IMG/VR virus record: IMGVR_UViG_3300020577_011550
Location: 1-64,000 of that record
Source of the DNA: a virus
Lineage: Duplodnaviria > Caudoviricetes
Direction: 5' to 3' (one strand)
DNA length: 64,000 nt
The notes beneath the pieces were generated by a model. The model was not told the origin of the DNA, searched no databases, and saw only the letters and a program-made list of their open reading frames with translations. Of this stretch, positions 19,330 through 29,363 are shown one piece after another. The first letter of the stretch is position 1; every line of letters begins with the position of its first letter. The translations under genes were made by a program, and so were the position numbers.

Positions 19330-19562
19330 CTCAGAAGTCCATTCCCATCGCCCGTTTCGCCGCGCTGATGCATGACGCCGAAGCCGCGGTCAAGGCCAAC
19401 GACTTGGCGACGCTGGAACGCATCAACGCCGAGATCGAGCAGATCGGCTACCGCGTGATCGTCCGGAACGGCGAAACGCTGGTGCAGCAGCTATACTTCA
19501 ATCCGGCGACCGGGCGCTATGAATTCCCGTCGCCCGTGCCAGAACGAAAGGAAACGAACTGA
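19326..19562 (+). CDS. Hypothetical protein
   Basis: TTGA overlap. Confidence 0.65.
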   Translation: MTQKSIPIARFAALMHDAEAAVKANDLATLERINAEIEQIGYRVIVRNGETLVQQLYFNPATGRYEFPSPVPERKETN

Positions 19563-20020
19563 TGGACGACCGTGGACAACTGATCGAACTGACCGAGCGC
19601 CAGCAGCGCATCCTCACCATCATCTGGCATTTGAGCGTGGACGAGCCGCAGACGATTCAACGGTTGGGCGAACACGACGCTTTTTGGAAGGCGACCGAGG
19701 CCGAGCGGGCAGCCGCCGTCGAAGCATTCCGCGCCGATCTTCAGCCGATGGTCGCGCTGCATCTGGTGACCATCGATGCTCAGGAACGCGTCGCGCTGAC
19801 GCACATGGGCTTCGGACATGGCTACGCGGTCAGCCTGTGGAGGCAGGGTGTTTCGCCGAAGCTCGCCAAACAATGGAATTGGACGGGTGTGCCGATCCCG
19901 GATCACCCAATGAAGTTCGTCCGCCCCACCGAAGCCGAAAAGCGCATGGTGTGGGACATCCACGACCCCGCCAAAGCGGATGAGGTCAACGCCTGGTGGA
20001 ACGAAGAAGACGCGGAATAA
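19562..20020 (+). CDS. Hypothetical protein (winged-helix-like)
   Basis: TGATG overlap; followed by a terminator. Confidence 0.7.
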   Translation: MDDRGQLIELTERQQRILTIIWHLSVDEPQTIQRLGEHDAFWKATEAERAAAVEAFRADLQPMVALHLVTIDAQERVALTHMGFGHGYAVSLWRQGVSPKLAKQWNWTGVPIPDHPMKFVRPTEAEKRMVWDIHDPAKADEVNAWWNEEDAE

Positions 20021-20052
20021 CAAAAACGCCCCTCGATATGAGGGGCGTTTTG
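20021..20052. terminator. Bidirectional rho-independent terminator
   Basis: caaaaacgcccctc-gatat-gaggggcgttttgt. Confidence 0.85.
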
Positions 20053-20054
20053 TT

Positions 20055-20772
20055 TAAAGGGCGGTTTTGTGAAACGGGTCAGTTCCACGAGCAAAGGGTC
20101 GATGACCCACACCTACCGCCGACTCATCGGCATGACCACCCCGGTAGCCCTGCCACTACCGCCACGCAGGTTCGCTAGCCTCTGCGTGTGCCTCCGTCCT
20201 CTGGTGGGTTTGGCGGCCCTCTACGTCCGCCTCAGCTCAAAAGGTTTGCAAATCACGGTGAAGGGGTTGAACCTCCCGGCATCGGTAGATGATGAAAACA
20301 CCGTCAGCCTACTGAACCGTGATGCGGACTCGAAAGGGTGGAAAAAGCACCCCAACACGCGCCGCTGACGTTTCCGCGCTTTCCGTCATTTTCCTGCTGA
20401 AGGTTGCGGCTCCTTCTGTCCTCCGCTCCACGAAACACAAAACCGTTGGGGGACTGGCAATCGTTGGACGGTTACAGCGTCCGCTTACGGGACGCCCTGT
20501 GTTGCGCTTCGTCGCATCGCTGGACGACCGCCCTGAACCTGCTCGGGCGCGGCTCCCCTATTCACCAGGTGAACGGCGGTGACCCCCTGAAAGGCTAGTG
20601 CAGAGCCGAGTCTTCGTACCCCGGCTGCGGACGTTGCCTTGTGCCACAGTGCGGAGTTGAACCGCATACATCCCTGTTCTTGAACGGGGCGCTCTACCGG
20701 TGAGCCACATGCAGCAGACGGGACACGGTTGCCCATGCCCCTCACATCGAACCTTGATCATGCACTCAACCC
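20055..20772 (-). ncRNA. Candidate large (~720 nt) structured non-coding RNA with two tRNA-like modules
   Basis: Own promoter upstream, terminator downstream, no credible CDS, dense hairpins, GAAA loops, two TTCAAC T-loop arms. Confidence 0.65.
20642..20715 (-). tRNA. tRNA-like cloverleaf with 8-nt anticodon loop (UUCAAGAA) and bulged acceptor stem; probably not a canonical tRNA
   Basis: D arm GCTC-accggta-GAGC; T arm TGCGG-TTCAACT-CCGCA; no encoded CCA. Confidence 0.45.
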
Positions 20773-20778
20773 GCCTCA

Positions 20779-20808
20779 AATATAGAACAGGTGGGCTAAT
20801 TCTGTCAA
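20779..20808 (-). promoter_or_regulatory. Sigma70 promoter driving the non-coding region
   Basis: TTGACA(20808-20803)-18 bp-TATATT(20784-20779). Confidence 0.7.
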
Positions 20809-20879
20809 CAATCAGTTTGTTATAACTTTCAAATGTACCCGCCCTGCCCTCCGTATGGGGAATGGTTCACACACGATGC

Positions 20880-22190
20880 GTGGCACTCTACAGCGGCTAA
20901 AGTCGCGTAGCATTTGAACGACGCTTGCGCTTGCCATTGCCTTTCAGCAATGACAGAGGCGCTACGTTATCGTTCACGGATGTGCCCCATCCGGCTCGAT
21001 TTAAAATGTTGATCGCAGCATTGTGGTCTCTATCGAGCGAGAGGCCACAATCACATTCTACCCATCGGATTGATAGGCCGAAGTCATCAAACAGTGAACC
21101 ACAATTCGAGCATGTTTTGGAAGTGTAGGCAGGATCTACAAACGCGATCTCACGTCCGGCACTCGCAGCCTTGTACGTGAGCAATTGCTTGAAGAAACCC
21201 CACCCGGCGTCCAAAATGCTTTTACTGAGGTGTTTATTCCGTGCCATGTTGGTGATGCTTAAGTTCTCAATCGCAATCCGGTCATATCGCCGTACAAGAT
21301 CATGACTCAGCTTGTGCATAAAGTCCTGACGCTGATTGGCAACGTGTTCATGCTGGCGCTGCACTTTCAGCAACTTCTTGCGGCGATTTTTCGACCCACG
21401 TTTCGCCCGCGCTAACTGACGCTGCAAACGGCGTAGACGTTTCTGTCCAGATCTATAAAAGCTAGGGTTGGTGGTCTTTTCCCCATCACTGGTTGTGATC
21501 AGTGACGCAATCCCAACATCGATCCCCACCACATGTCCATTTTTAGGGAGCGTTAACGGTTCGACAGTCTCGCAGGTAAAACAAACATACCACTTGTCAG
21601 CGCGGCGAAGGATACGCAGAGTCTTGATTGTACCTTCTAGCGGGCGATGCCAACGCACGGGGATACGTCCGACGCCAAACAACCTCAAGCGGCGACCATC
21701 CAGCTTTGCCCCCATGCCGTACTGCTTGAACTCAAAACTGTTAAAACGGTTGCGAGACTTGAAGCGTGGATAGCCGGGGTTCTCTCCTGCTTTGACACGG
21801 CGAAAGAACGCCTGAAACGCAAAATCCACCTGTTTAACAACAGCTTGTGCTGTCTGACTAAACATCTGTTGGGCTGGCGGGAAAGTTAAACGATAGTGTT
21901 TGGCAAGCTGCTCTAAGTCCGAAAGCGTGACCGTGCGTTTTTCTAGCTTGTAGGCGTATTTTCGTTCCGCTAGCGCCATGTTGTACAGGTTGCGGGCGCA
22001 ATCTAAAACACGCAGTAAGTGTTTCTCCTGCGCCTTGCTTGGGTACAAGCGGTATTTAAAAACCTTGATATGAGTGCTAGAATTCGCCATGCTCTGACAG
22101 TCCTATTGTCGGAGAGCCAGTGGGGATTGCCGTCCCGTGACTGGCATTTTTTATTTTAGCACAAATGTTTGATTGTGCAACCCTTAATCC
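20880..22190 (-). mobile_element. IS200/IS605-family element carrying tnpB only (IS1341-type); left end approximate
   Basis: Right-end hairpin tacgcgactttagccgctgtag ending in ...CCAC at 20880; no tnpA. Confidence 0.75.
20897..22090 (-). CDS. tnpB: RNA-guided endonuclease TnpB
   Basis: YKYRLYP-type N-terminus, VGIDVG, IAIENL, CxxC..CxC, DRDHNAAINI; RuvC D-E-D intact. Confidence 0.95.
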   Translation of the reverse strand: MANSSTHIKVFKYRLYPSKAQEKHLLRVLDCARNLYNMALAERKYAYKLEKRTVTLSDLEQLAKHYRLTFPPAQQMFSQTAQAVVKQVDFAFQAFFRRVKAGENPGYPRFKSRNRFNSFEFKQYGMGAKLDGRRLRLFGVGRIPVRWHRPLEGTIKTLRILRRADKWYVCFTCETVEPLTLPKNGHVVGIDVGIASLITTSDGEKTTNPSFYRSGQKRLRRLQRQLARAKRGSKNRRKKLLKVQRQHEHVANQRQDFMHKLSHDLVRRYDRIAIENLSITNMARNKHLSKSILDAGWGFFKQLLTYKAASAGREIAFVDPAYTSKTCSNCGSLFDDFGLSIRWVECDCGLSLDRDHNAAINILNRAGWGTSVNDNVAPLSLLKGNGKRKRRSNATRL

Positions 22191-22272
22191 CCTACCCCAC
22201 CCTTTTCTCAAAATTCATGCGCGTGCTTTTGACAACCCTTATAGGCGACAACCTAAAGCTTTCTTACTTGCT

Positions 22273-22293
22273 ATACCATATGGTTTATGGTAT
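22273..22293 (+). promoter_or_regulatory. Palindromic operator/promoter, copy 2
   Basis: TTGCT-ATACCATA-tggtt-TATGGTAT-AGT. Confidence 0.85.
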
Positions 22294-22331
22294 AGTTCTC
22301 ATAATCACACACACGAAAGGATTTTGAGGTT

Positions 22332-22814
22332 ATGAGCACGAAAGCACAGCGTTTACTCCCCCACCTGATCGCCCACCTGAACGTTTGGAACGAGCGCGCG
22401 TTCACCGTGTCACAGTTGTACGACGACCTGCTGCGCACGATTGACGATCCCAACTTCGACGTGCTGGAAGGTGTCAGCGAAGCCATCATCCGCGACGCCG
22501 CCAAGCTGCTGCCGGAAGGCTGCGTGAAGGTTCTGCCGAATCGCCGCCTTGTTCTCCAAGCCCGTGCCTTTGCCAAGCCTGAGGAACTTGTCAAAGTCCT
22601 GCGCGCCATCGAACGCGAACGGTTTCCGGAGACCGCCGATCTGAATCTCGGTCTGTTCGTCGACAAACTGATCGAAGACCTGCAATTCCGGCTGGTGTTG
22701 GGTCGTCCGTGGTACGTCCACCAATCGCTGGATTGGGCGAAGGCGACCGGGCTGTTTGAAGTGACGCCCACGTTCTACGGCATGATGCTGCGTTGGACGC
22801 GAGGTGCAGCGTGA
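22332..22814 (+). CDS. Hypothetical protein
   Basis: RBS GAGG; first gene after the operator. Confidence 0.75.
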   Translation: MSTKAQRLLPHLIAHLNVWNERAFTVSQLYDDLLRTIDDPNFDVLEGVSEAIIRDAAKLLPEGCVKVLPNRRLVLQARAFAKPEELVKVLRAIERERFPETADLNLGLFVDKLIEDLQFRLVLGRPWYVHQSLDWAKATGLFEVTPTFYGMMLRWTRGAA

Positions 22815-23371
22815 ACACGGTCGATTGGGAACATCCGATTGGTTTCGAACGTGTCGTCAAAGGCGAGACCCGGCGTGAAAACCGCTTCCTCGTCACCTGC
22901 GGGGAGTGTGGCGAGTCCCGTTTGCTCAAGCGCATTGATGCGAAGAAGGTCGAGCAAACAGACGCGCCGTGCTACCCGTGCACGCAGCGCGAGAAGGGCA
23001 AGCTGGGCTACCGCGCGACCATCGAGCGGCATGGCGAAAACTTCTTCCTCGATCTCATCCGCGAACGTGAGCTGAACAATCCGCCGGTGCTCACCCGCGC
23101 GCTGATGGACATCCTCGATAACGTGCTTCACATCCGCTACGAACGTGAAATCCAATGTGGCCGCTACCTGATCGATTTCGTTATCGGCGACCGGTTCGCC
23201 ATCGAGGTCAACGGTGGTGTGCATGTGCTGCATGCCGAGCGCGACGCGCGCAAGGCGCAGTTCCTTCGCGAGCAGGGCTATGAACTGCTCGTCCTCGAAC
23301 AAGCCGACATCCCCGACGCTGCTGATCGGGTGTGTGAATTTTTAGGAGTATACGAACTTGCAACGGTCTGA
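22811..23371 (+). CDS. Free-standing Vsr/DUF559 endonuclease with N-terminal zinc ribbon
   Basis: YEREIQCGRYLIDF...AIEVNGGVH...RDARKAQFLREQGY. Confidence 0.85.
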   Translation: MNTVDWEHPIGFERVVKGETRRENRFLVTCGECGESRLLKRIDAKKVEQTDAPCYPCTQREKGKLGYRATIERHGENFFLDLIRERELNNPPVLTRALMDILDNVLHIRYEREIQCGRYLIDFVIGDRFAIEVNGGVHVLHAERDARKAQFLREQGYELLVLEQADIPDAADRVCEFLGVYELATV

Positions 23372-26300
23372 GATTGTGAAGGCGCTTGAGCCCTTCGTGC
23401 CATCCGATGAGCAGATGGCGATTTTTGAGGCGGCTGTCAATACGAAAGACAACATCGGCATTGACGCCAAGGCGGGGACAGGTAAGACGACCTCGATTGT
23501 CCAGTTGGCGAAGCTGCTGCCCGGCGGAAAGTCCATGAAGAAGCGCTTCTGTGCGTTCAACAAGCCGATTGCCGATGAACTGGCGGATCGGCTGAAGGAC
23601 ACGGGCACCGATGCGAAGACGTTCCACAGCATGGGCGTGGGCGCGCTGATCCGCTATTTCGGCGGCAAGCAGATGAATCTGGACGACCGCAAGTATAAGA
23701 AGCTCGTCCAGGCGTGGTTGGCACTGCCCGACGAGCCGGAATGGGCGAAAGAGGTGGAGCAGCCCCGCGAACTGGCGCTGAAGGTGCGGGAACTGGTGGT
23801 TCAGACGGTGAGCAAGCTGCCTCCGGATGATCGGAAGGAAATCGCCGCCGAGATGAACAAGCAGTTTATCGAGTTGATGACGAGCGTCTTGAACTTCCTG
23901 CGCCTGAAGCTGATCGGCTGGACGGATACCGCTGCGCTGCGCGATCTGATCGACCACTACAGCTTTCAGGACACCCTCCCCGATGAATTCGTCGACGTCG
24001 CGGTCGAGATCGTTCCCTATCTGATGGGGCTTGCCGAGCAGCTCGTGAAGAAGGCATTCGAAGTCGATTTCACCGACCAGATTTATTGGGCGGTATACTG
24101 GCAGATCCCGACTACGCAGTATGACTACCTGCTGGCAGACGAATGCCTGCCCTACTTGACCCCCGTGCAATTGGCTGACGGATCAGCGCTCCCGATTGGC
24201 GAGATCGTCGAGAAACGGCTGTCCGTGAAGGTGCTGGCCTACGACACGGCGACGGGTGAGCAGCGCGCGTGTGAAGTCACCGGTTGGAGCAGAACGCTCA
24301 ATCAGAAACCGCTGGTCAAGATTAAGGCGCGCTGGACAAAAAGCCACAAAGATGTTGTGGCTGACGGCTATAAGCAGCGTCCCACTAATTTCGTCGTCTG
24401 CACCGTCGATCACAAGATCTGGGCAAATGGGACATGGATGTATGCGGGCGATGTTCGTCCCCGCATGGTTGTACAGGTCGAGACGGGCGCGATCAAGTCG
24501 CAGGCATACAAGATCACCACCAGCGGGCGCGAAACCCTTTCCAGCGAAATGACCGCTAAAAACCGGGAGGGGATTGTCGCGAATCATCGCGGTGGGTCGA
24601 TCACGGTCCGGGGCGGGAACGGGCGTGGGCTGACACTGGCGCAGAGCGTGCTGCTTGAAGCGCTTGGCGAAGGCTGGACAGCCGAATACGCAGTAAAAAC
24701 GGGATTGCGTCAGGACAGCGGTTATCCCACGAGCTACAAAGTGGACATCGCTAATCCGGAACGCATGATCGCCGTTGAGGTCGATGGTGAAACCCATCGT
24801 AACCCGGTTCAAAAGCAGCGTGATCAGAAGAAACAGGCGCTGCTTGAAACGCTTGGCTGGACGGTGCTGCGCTTTTCGAACCGCCAGTGCATCCAGACCA
24901 CACAGCAGTGCGTGCAGGCGATCAACGACGATTGCCCGCTCGATGCGATTGTCGCGTCGGTTGAACCGATGAGCCTGCCTGACAACTTCGTCTATGACAT
25001 CACTGTCGCCGACTGCCATAACTTCTATGCCAATGGCATCCTCGTCCACAACTGTCAGGACATCAACCCCATGCAGCGCACGCTGCTGGCGCGTTCCATC
25101 AAGCCGAACGGCGGGCGCATCATCTTCGTGGGCGACCCGGATCAGTCAATCATGAATTTTGCAGGGGCCGACTCGGACAGCTTCGAACTCTCCGTGAAAA
25201 CTTTCAACGCGAAGGTGCTGCCGCTCACCCTCACCCGCCGCTGCGATCAAGTGATCACGCACCATGCTGCCCAGCTCGTCCCTGAATTCCGCTGCCCGCC
25301 GGAGAAGCCGCGCGGCAAATTTGTGTGGCTGGACGAGTCGCGCATGGCAGGCATTGTGCAGCCCGGTGACATGGTCGTTTGTCGCATGAAAGCGCCACTG
25401 GTGACCGGGTGCTTGAACGTGATCGCGGAAGGCAAACCCGCCACTATTCTAGGCAGTGACATCGAAAAAGGCTTGATCGCGCTGCTCGAAAAGCGCAGCG
25501 ACTACAAAGACGACTTCGACAATCTGGATGACGCGCTGGATGGCTACGAAGCCGAACAGGTGGAGCACTTCACAGCGCGCGATGAGCTTCAGGCCGCGGA
25601 TGCCGTTGCCGATCAGTGTGCGGCGCTGCGCACCATCATCCACCGCGCGAAAGCCGACGACATGGACGCCTTGAAGCGCTATATCGAAACCCTGTTCTCC
25701 AGCGGCAAGAAAGAGGACATGGTCGTCTTCGTGACCGCGCATAAGTCGAAGGGCTTGGAGGCGGATCGCGTGTTCATCCTCGCACCGGATCGGATGCCCC
25801 TGTCCTATCCGAACATGCTGCCTGAATCGGCAGTACAGGAAATGAACCTGCTGTACGTCGCACTCACCCGCGCCAAACACACGCTGGTGATCCTCACCAA
25901 CGAGAAGTATCGCAAGAACAATGTCATGCCCGCCTACGGGCAGACAGACTTTGACGAGCACCAATGGGCAGCCGACGAGTTCGAGCCAAAGCCTCCGCAG
26001 GAATACGACTACGTCTACAACAGTCGGCATGATGATTTCGACCGCGTGCCCGTTAATTCGCCCGTGGGCGAAACGACGATTGATGAGATCGTGCAGATGA
26101 TCAAGGACTCGGGCGTTGAGGGTTGGGATCTCGAACTGTCATCCGGCTTCGAAGACAACGGCCCCAGCCAATGGGTGCTGGCCTACGATGACCCCGAGCT
26201 GGTTGACGACATCATTTTGGGCAGCAACCTGACGATGGTCAAGCAGCGGCTGGAAGTGGAATTGAAGCGACTCGCCAACGCCAATCAAGCGCCGCCTGAA

Positions 26301-26456
26301 CCCGTCGCGCCTGCCCCGGTCGTCATCACACCCATCATCCCGGAGAAGGTTGATAAGCTGCGCGCGGTCGTCGCGACGCTCACCGATGTCGAGCTGGAGG
26401 ACATGATCCGCTATCTCTCCCAGTTCCGTGAAGAGCGCCGGAAGGCCAGCCCGTGA
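23358..26456 (+). CDS. UvrD/REP superfamily I helicase containing an intein
   Basis: AKAGTGKTT Walker A, DE|CQD Walker B split by the intein, [27 protein letters not shown]. Confidence 0.93.
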   Translation: MQRSEIVKALEPFVPSDEQMAIFEAAVNTKDNIGIDAKAGTGKTTSIVQLAKLLPGGKSMKKRFCAFNKPIADELADRLKDTGTDAKTFHSMGVGALIRYFGGKQMNLDDRKYKKLVQAWLALPDEPEWAKEVEQPRELALKVRELVVQTVSKLPPDDRKEIAAEMNKQFIELMTSVLNFLRLKLIGWTDTAALRDLIDHYSFQDTLPDEFVDVAVEIVPYLMGLAEQLVKKAFEVDFTDQIYWAVYWQIPTTQYDYLLADECLPYLTPVQLADGSALPIGEIVEKRLSVKVLAYDTATGEQRACEVTGWSRTLNQKPLVKIKARWTKSHKDVVADGYKQRPTNFVVCTVDHKIWANGTWMYAGDVRPRMVVQVETGAIKSQAYKITTSGRETLSSEMTAKNREGIVANHRGGSITVRGGNGRGLTLAQSVLLEALGEGWTAEYAVKTGLRQDSGYPTSYKVDIANPERMIAVEVDGETHRNPVQKQRDQKKQALLETLGWTVLRFSNRQCIQTTQQCVQAINDDCPLDAIVASVEPMSLPDNFVYDITVADCHNFYANGILVHNCQDINPMQRTLLARSIKPNGGRIIFVGDPDQSIMNFAGADSDSFELSVKTFNAKVLPLTLTRRCDQVITHHAAQLVPEFRCPPEKPRGKFVWLDESRMAGIVQPGDMVVCRMKAPLVTGCLNVIAEGKPATILGSDIEKGLIALLEKRSDYKDDFDNLDDALDGYEAEQVEHFTARDELQAADAVADQCAALRTIIHRAKADDMDALKRYIETLFSSGKKEDMVVFVTAHKSKGLEADRVFILAPDRMPLSYPNMLPESAVQEMNLLYVALTRAKHTLVILTNEKYRKNNVMPAYGQTDFDEHQWAADEFEPKPPQEYDYVYNSRHDDFDRVPVNSPVGETTIDEIVQMIKDSGVEGWDLELSSGFEDNGPSQWVLAYDDPELVDDIILGSNLTMVKQRLEVELKRLANANQAPPEPVAPAPVVITPIIPEKVDKLRAVVATLTDVELEDMIRYLSQFREERRKASP
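24144..25052 (+). other. Intein (303 aa) with in-frame DUF559/Vsr endonuclease
   Basis: [10 protein letters not shown]...TVDHKIW...VDIA...VEVDGETH...RDQKK...[21 protein letters not shown]|C. Confidence 0.93.
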
Positions 26457-26902
26457 GTTTCCATCAGGTCGAAATCTGGACAGACGGAGCCGTCAAGCCC
26501 AACCCAGGGTTTGGCGGCTACGCCGCTCTGCTGATCTACGGCGAACACGAACGCGAGCTCAGCGGTGGTGAACCCCATACGACCAATCAGCGCATGGAGC
26601 TGATGGCGGCGGTGGTCGCACTGGAAGCGCTGAAGCGGCCGTGCGAGGTGACGCTCTACACCGACTCGAAGTACCTGAAGCACGGCATCACCGAGTGGGT
26701 GAAACGCTGGAAGCGGAACGGGTGGATCACCAGCACAAAGCAGCCGGTCGAGCACCGGGATTTGTGGGAACGCCTCGACGAGCAGGTGCAGCGGCACTTG
26801 CAAGTCACGTGGAAATGGACGAAGGGCCACGCCGGAACCGAGAAGAACGAGCGCGTGGACAAATTGGCCGTAGAAGCTCGCAAGCAGATGGAGGAAACGT
26901 GA
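26453..26902 (+). CDS. rnhA: Ribonuclease HI
   Basis: [30 protein letters not shown]...NERVD. Confidence 0.97.
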   Translation: MSFHQVEIWTDGAVKPNPGFGGYAALLIYGEHERELSGGEPHTTNQRMELMAAVVALEALKRPCEVTLYTDSKYLKHGITEWVKRWKRNGWITSTKQPVEHRDLWERLDEQVQRHLQVTWKWTKGHAGTEKNERVDKLAVEARKQMEET

Positions 26903-27219
26903 ATCGCGTTGTCCGCTATATCGATACGCAGCTCGACATTTTGCAGGGCCAGTGCGACGCCCTCAGCTCGCCATCCGGATTGCTTCCTAACGCGCGCCAG
27001 CTGCTGGAGCGCCATGACCAGTTGAAAGCGCTGATTGCCCGCAAGTCCGATCTCGAAACCATGCGCACCCAGTACGTGGTGAACTGCAATGCCGCCGATA
27101 TTTGCCGTAGTTTGATGCTCACTGGGCGCGGCGACGCCCAGTCCAAACGTGGCCTTGAACTCGCAGAAGCCACCCTCAGAAGCATCGAAGAGGAGTTGTT
27201 CAATCATGACCCCCGCTGA
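26899..27219 (+). CDS. Hypothetical coiled-coil protein
   Basis: GTGA overlap, RBS GGAGG. Confidence 0.65.
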   Translation: MNRVVRYIDTQLDILQGQCDALSSPSGLLPNARQLLERHDQLKALIARKSDLETMRTQYVVNCNAADICRSLMLTGRGDAQSKRGLELAEATLRSIEEELFNHDPR

Positions 27220-27487
27220 GATTTTGAAGGCGATGGTGGAGGCGGCGCAGCGGATGCCGCCCACCATCCTCAAGGAACACTACAAGGTCACGTTCGTGAC
27301 GCAGATCAACAGCACCCGGAATGCGTACCGGCTGGAGAAGTTTTCGCCAGACGAGGACGCGGCCGTCATCGCGTACAAATTCACCTTGCCGCCGTACAAC
27401 GACGAACTGATCCTGTGGAGCCCGGATCTGGATTTCAGCGAGGCAGAAGCCATGGCGATTGCAGCAGCGGTGGTCACACGACTATGA
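27206..27487 (+). CDS. Hypothetical protein
   Basis: RBS GAGGAG. Confidence 0.65.
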   Translation: MTPAEILKAMVEAAQRMPPTILKEHYKVTFVTQINSTRNAYRLEKFSPDEDAAVIAYKFTLPPYNDELILWSPDLDFSEAEAMAIAAAVVTRL

Positions 27488-27948
27488 CCTGCGTGATTCC
27501 GAATTGCACACGCCAGCGTAAAGTCAGCCGCACGGGCAAAGAACTGACGATGTGCGATGAGCACAACCGGGAATACTGGCGTCGGCAGAAGAACAAGGAC
27601 TGGGACGGTTGGCCGGGTCAGAAGCCCGGCAAGCGTGGCGGGGCGCGAACCAAGCGGACTCCACCGCCAGCCCTGCCCGAACCGCCCCGGAATATTCGCG
27701 TGCTGGCGCTGCGCTGCGACGTCTGCCGAATCAAGAAGGCGATCAGCGAATTCGCGCCGGGTGCGCGGACGTGCAGCACCTGCGCCAGCGTGGGACAGGT
27801 CATCAGCATCATCGACCCGGTCAAGAACACGGTGCGGCATGCGCGCGTGATCGGCATGGACGAACAGCCGCGCAAGATTGAGACCTACTACGGACTGTTC
27901 GTCCAGCAGGAAAAAGAGAGCGGCGCGCTGGTGGTGGTGGAGGGGTAA
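27484..27948 (+). CDS. Hypothetical zinc-finger protein
   Basis: CxxxxC..CxxH and CxxC motifs; ATGA overlap. Confidence 0.65.
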   Translation: MTCVIPNCTRQRKVSRTGKELTMCDEHNREYWRRQKNKDWDGWPGQKPGKRGGARTKRTPPPALPEPPRNIRVLALRCDVCRIKKAISEFAPGARTCSTCASVGQVISIIDPVKNTVRHARVIGMDEQPRKIETYYGLFVQQEKESGALVVVEG

Positions 27949-28280
27949 TGTCAGCAAAATCTTTCTTCCGCGGCGTCTACCCAACGAGTCCCGGCTGGTG
28001 CGTCTACATGACCATCAAGGGCAAACGCGCCTATGGTGGGCTGTACTACTCAGACGTCATTGCCGCGGTGTTTGCCAACGACCTGTTCAAGCAGCGCCCC
28101 GGCGTCCCGCTCAACGACATCCCGCCGCACATTGAACAAGTGGCCCGGCAGCTTCCGTCACGTCGGCGGAAGCACGCGACCAAAGTGGAAAAGCGGATGC
28201 TTCAAGCTCATGCAGCGCAGGTCGATCGGTTGTATCTGGAATGGTTGCTCGTGCAGCAGGCGGAACAATATGGCCGATAA
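27948..28280 (+). CDS. Hypothetical protein with AP2-like DNA-binding N-terminus
   Basis: FRGVY...WCVYMTIKGKRAYGGLY...AA..AND. Confidence 0.6.
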   Translation: MSAKSFFRGVYPTSPGWCVYMTIKGKRAYGGLYYSDVIAAVFANDLFKQRPGVPLNDIPPHIEQVARQLPSRRRKHATKVEKRMLQAHAAQVDRLYLEWLLVQQAEQYGR

Positions 28281-28875
28281 CAAGATTCCGATTGAATGGG
28301 GTAAGCAGAATTTGTTTTCGAACCCCACAGGTTATCAGCTCAACATCCATACTGGCGTGACCGTTGGCCTGCAAAACACGTTGACGCTCCTCCAAATGCC
28401 GCTCGCCGAGGAGCACCTTGACCCGGCCTATGTGTTCCTCAAACGCCTGCCGCTCGTACGCGATCCCTTTGACCGGACGAAGCGGGTCGCCATCATCACC
28501 GACGGGCTGTATATCACGAAAGATCTCGAAGGGTTACAGCTCGAAATCGCGAAGATGGATCGGCCGCAGAATGATCCCATTCCGGAGATGATGGTCTATT
28601 CGCGGGATACGGTGGCGGGCGTGCTCGACGTCGTCATCGTCTGGGGCATGGTCTTAAGCGGCAAGGCTCCCAACGGCGATTTGGTGGGCGACTGGTACTT
28701 CATCATCTGTCGGTTGGACGAGCTGATTCGTGTACTAGAGGACATCTTTCTGATCGACCGCTGGTTTAGCAACGTTGAAGAAGCGACTCAGCCCCTGCCG
28801 AAAAAGAAAGCGACCGTGGATGAGAAGCGGGCGGCCATCGAACGGGTGTTGGCAGAAGCCGGGTTGCCCCGATGA
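28270..28875 (+). CDS. Hypothetical protein
   Basis: Operon overlap. Confidence 0.7.
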   Translation: MADNKIPIEWGKQNLFSNPTGYQLNIHTGVTVGLQNTLTLLQMPLAEEHLDPAYVFLKRLPLVRDPFDRTKRVAIITDGLYITKDLEGLQLEIAKMDRPQNDPIPEMMVYSRDTVAGVLDVVIVWGMVLSGKAPNGDLVGDWYFIICRLDELIRVLEDIFLIDRWFSNVEEATQPLPKKKATVDEKRAAIERVLAEAGLPR

Positions 28876-29363
28876 ACGATCGACCAACCATTCTCATCTG
28901 TGGCAGTCGCGAGGCTTCGCCCGTGCTGCTCGACTATGCGCGCCGCGCCACACTCCGCGCGCTTGAAAATGGCTGGTGGCTCATCGCCGGGGATGCCCTT
29001 GGTGTGGATCAGGTGGTCGCCGAAACGGTGCGCAACCACTTCCAGCACGAAGACGAGCTGATGTATGGGATGCGCGTCTACGGGCTTGGCGATATGCCGC
29101 GGCATGGCATTGGCTCAAATACGGGGCGTGTTCATTTCCAGAAACTGACTGGCTACACCAAACAAACCATGACCCGTGGCCGCTGTGATTTGCATGTCTA
29201 CAACGAGTACACGGCGATCAGCAGCTACACCGACCGCGACCGCTACATGGTGCGCGAGGCGGATAAGGTGCTGTGCATCTGGAACGGCAGCAGCCGGGGC
29301 ACGCTGGCAGTCTACGAGTACGCCGAAGAACTGGGAAAGGAGGCTTGGCTTAAATATGAATAG
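28872..29363 (+). CDS. SLOG-superfamily (YspA/DprA-like) protein
   Basis: ICGSR, AGDALGVD, RDRYMVREAD...WNGSSRGT. Confidence 0.8.
   Translation: MNDRPTILICGSREASPVLLDYARRATLRALENGWWLIAGDALGVDQVVAETVRNHFQHEDELMYGMRVYGLGDMPRHGIGSNTGRVHFQKLTGYTKQTMTRGRCDLHVYNEYTAISSYTDRDRYMVREADKVLCIWNGSSRGTLAVYEYAEELGKEAWLKYE

Noticed and set aside
20055-20772. tmRNA, RNase P or SRP identity for the large RNA
   Set aside because: No GAGGAAAGUCC, no tmRNA-type ends or tag ORF, and no SRP loop recognised by eye
20069-20779. Short ORFs across the intergenic region
   Set aside because: No RBS or motifs, mutually overlapping, and the region is better explained as structured RNA
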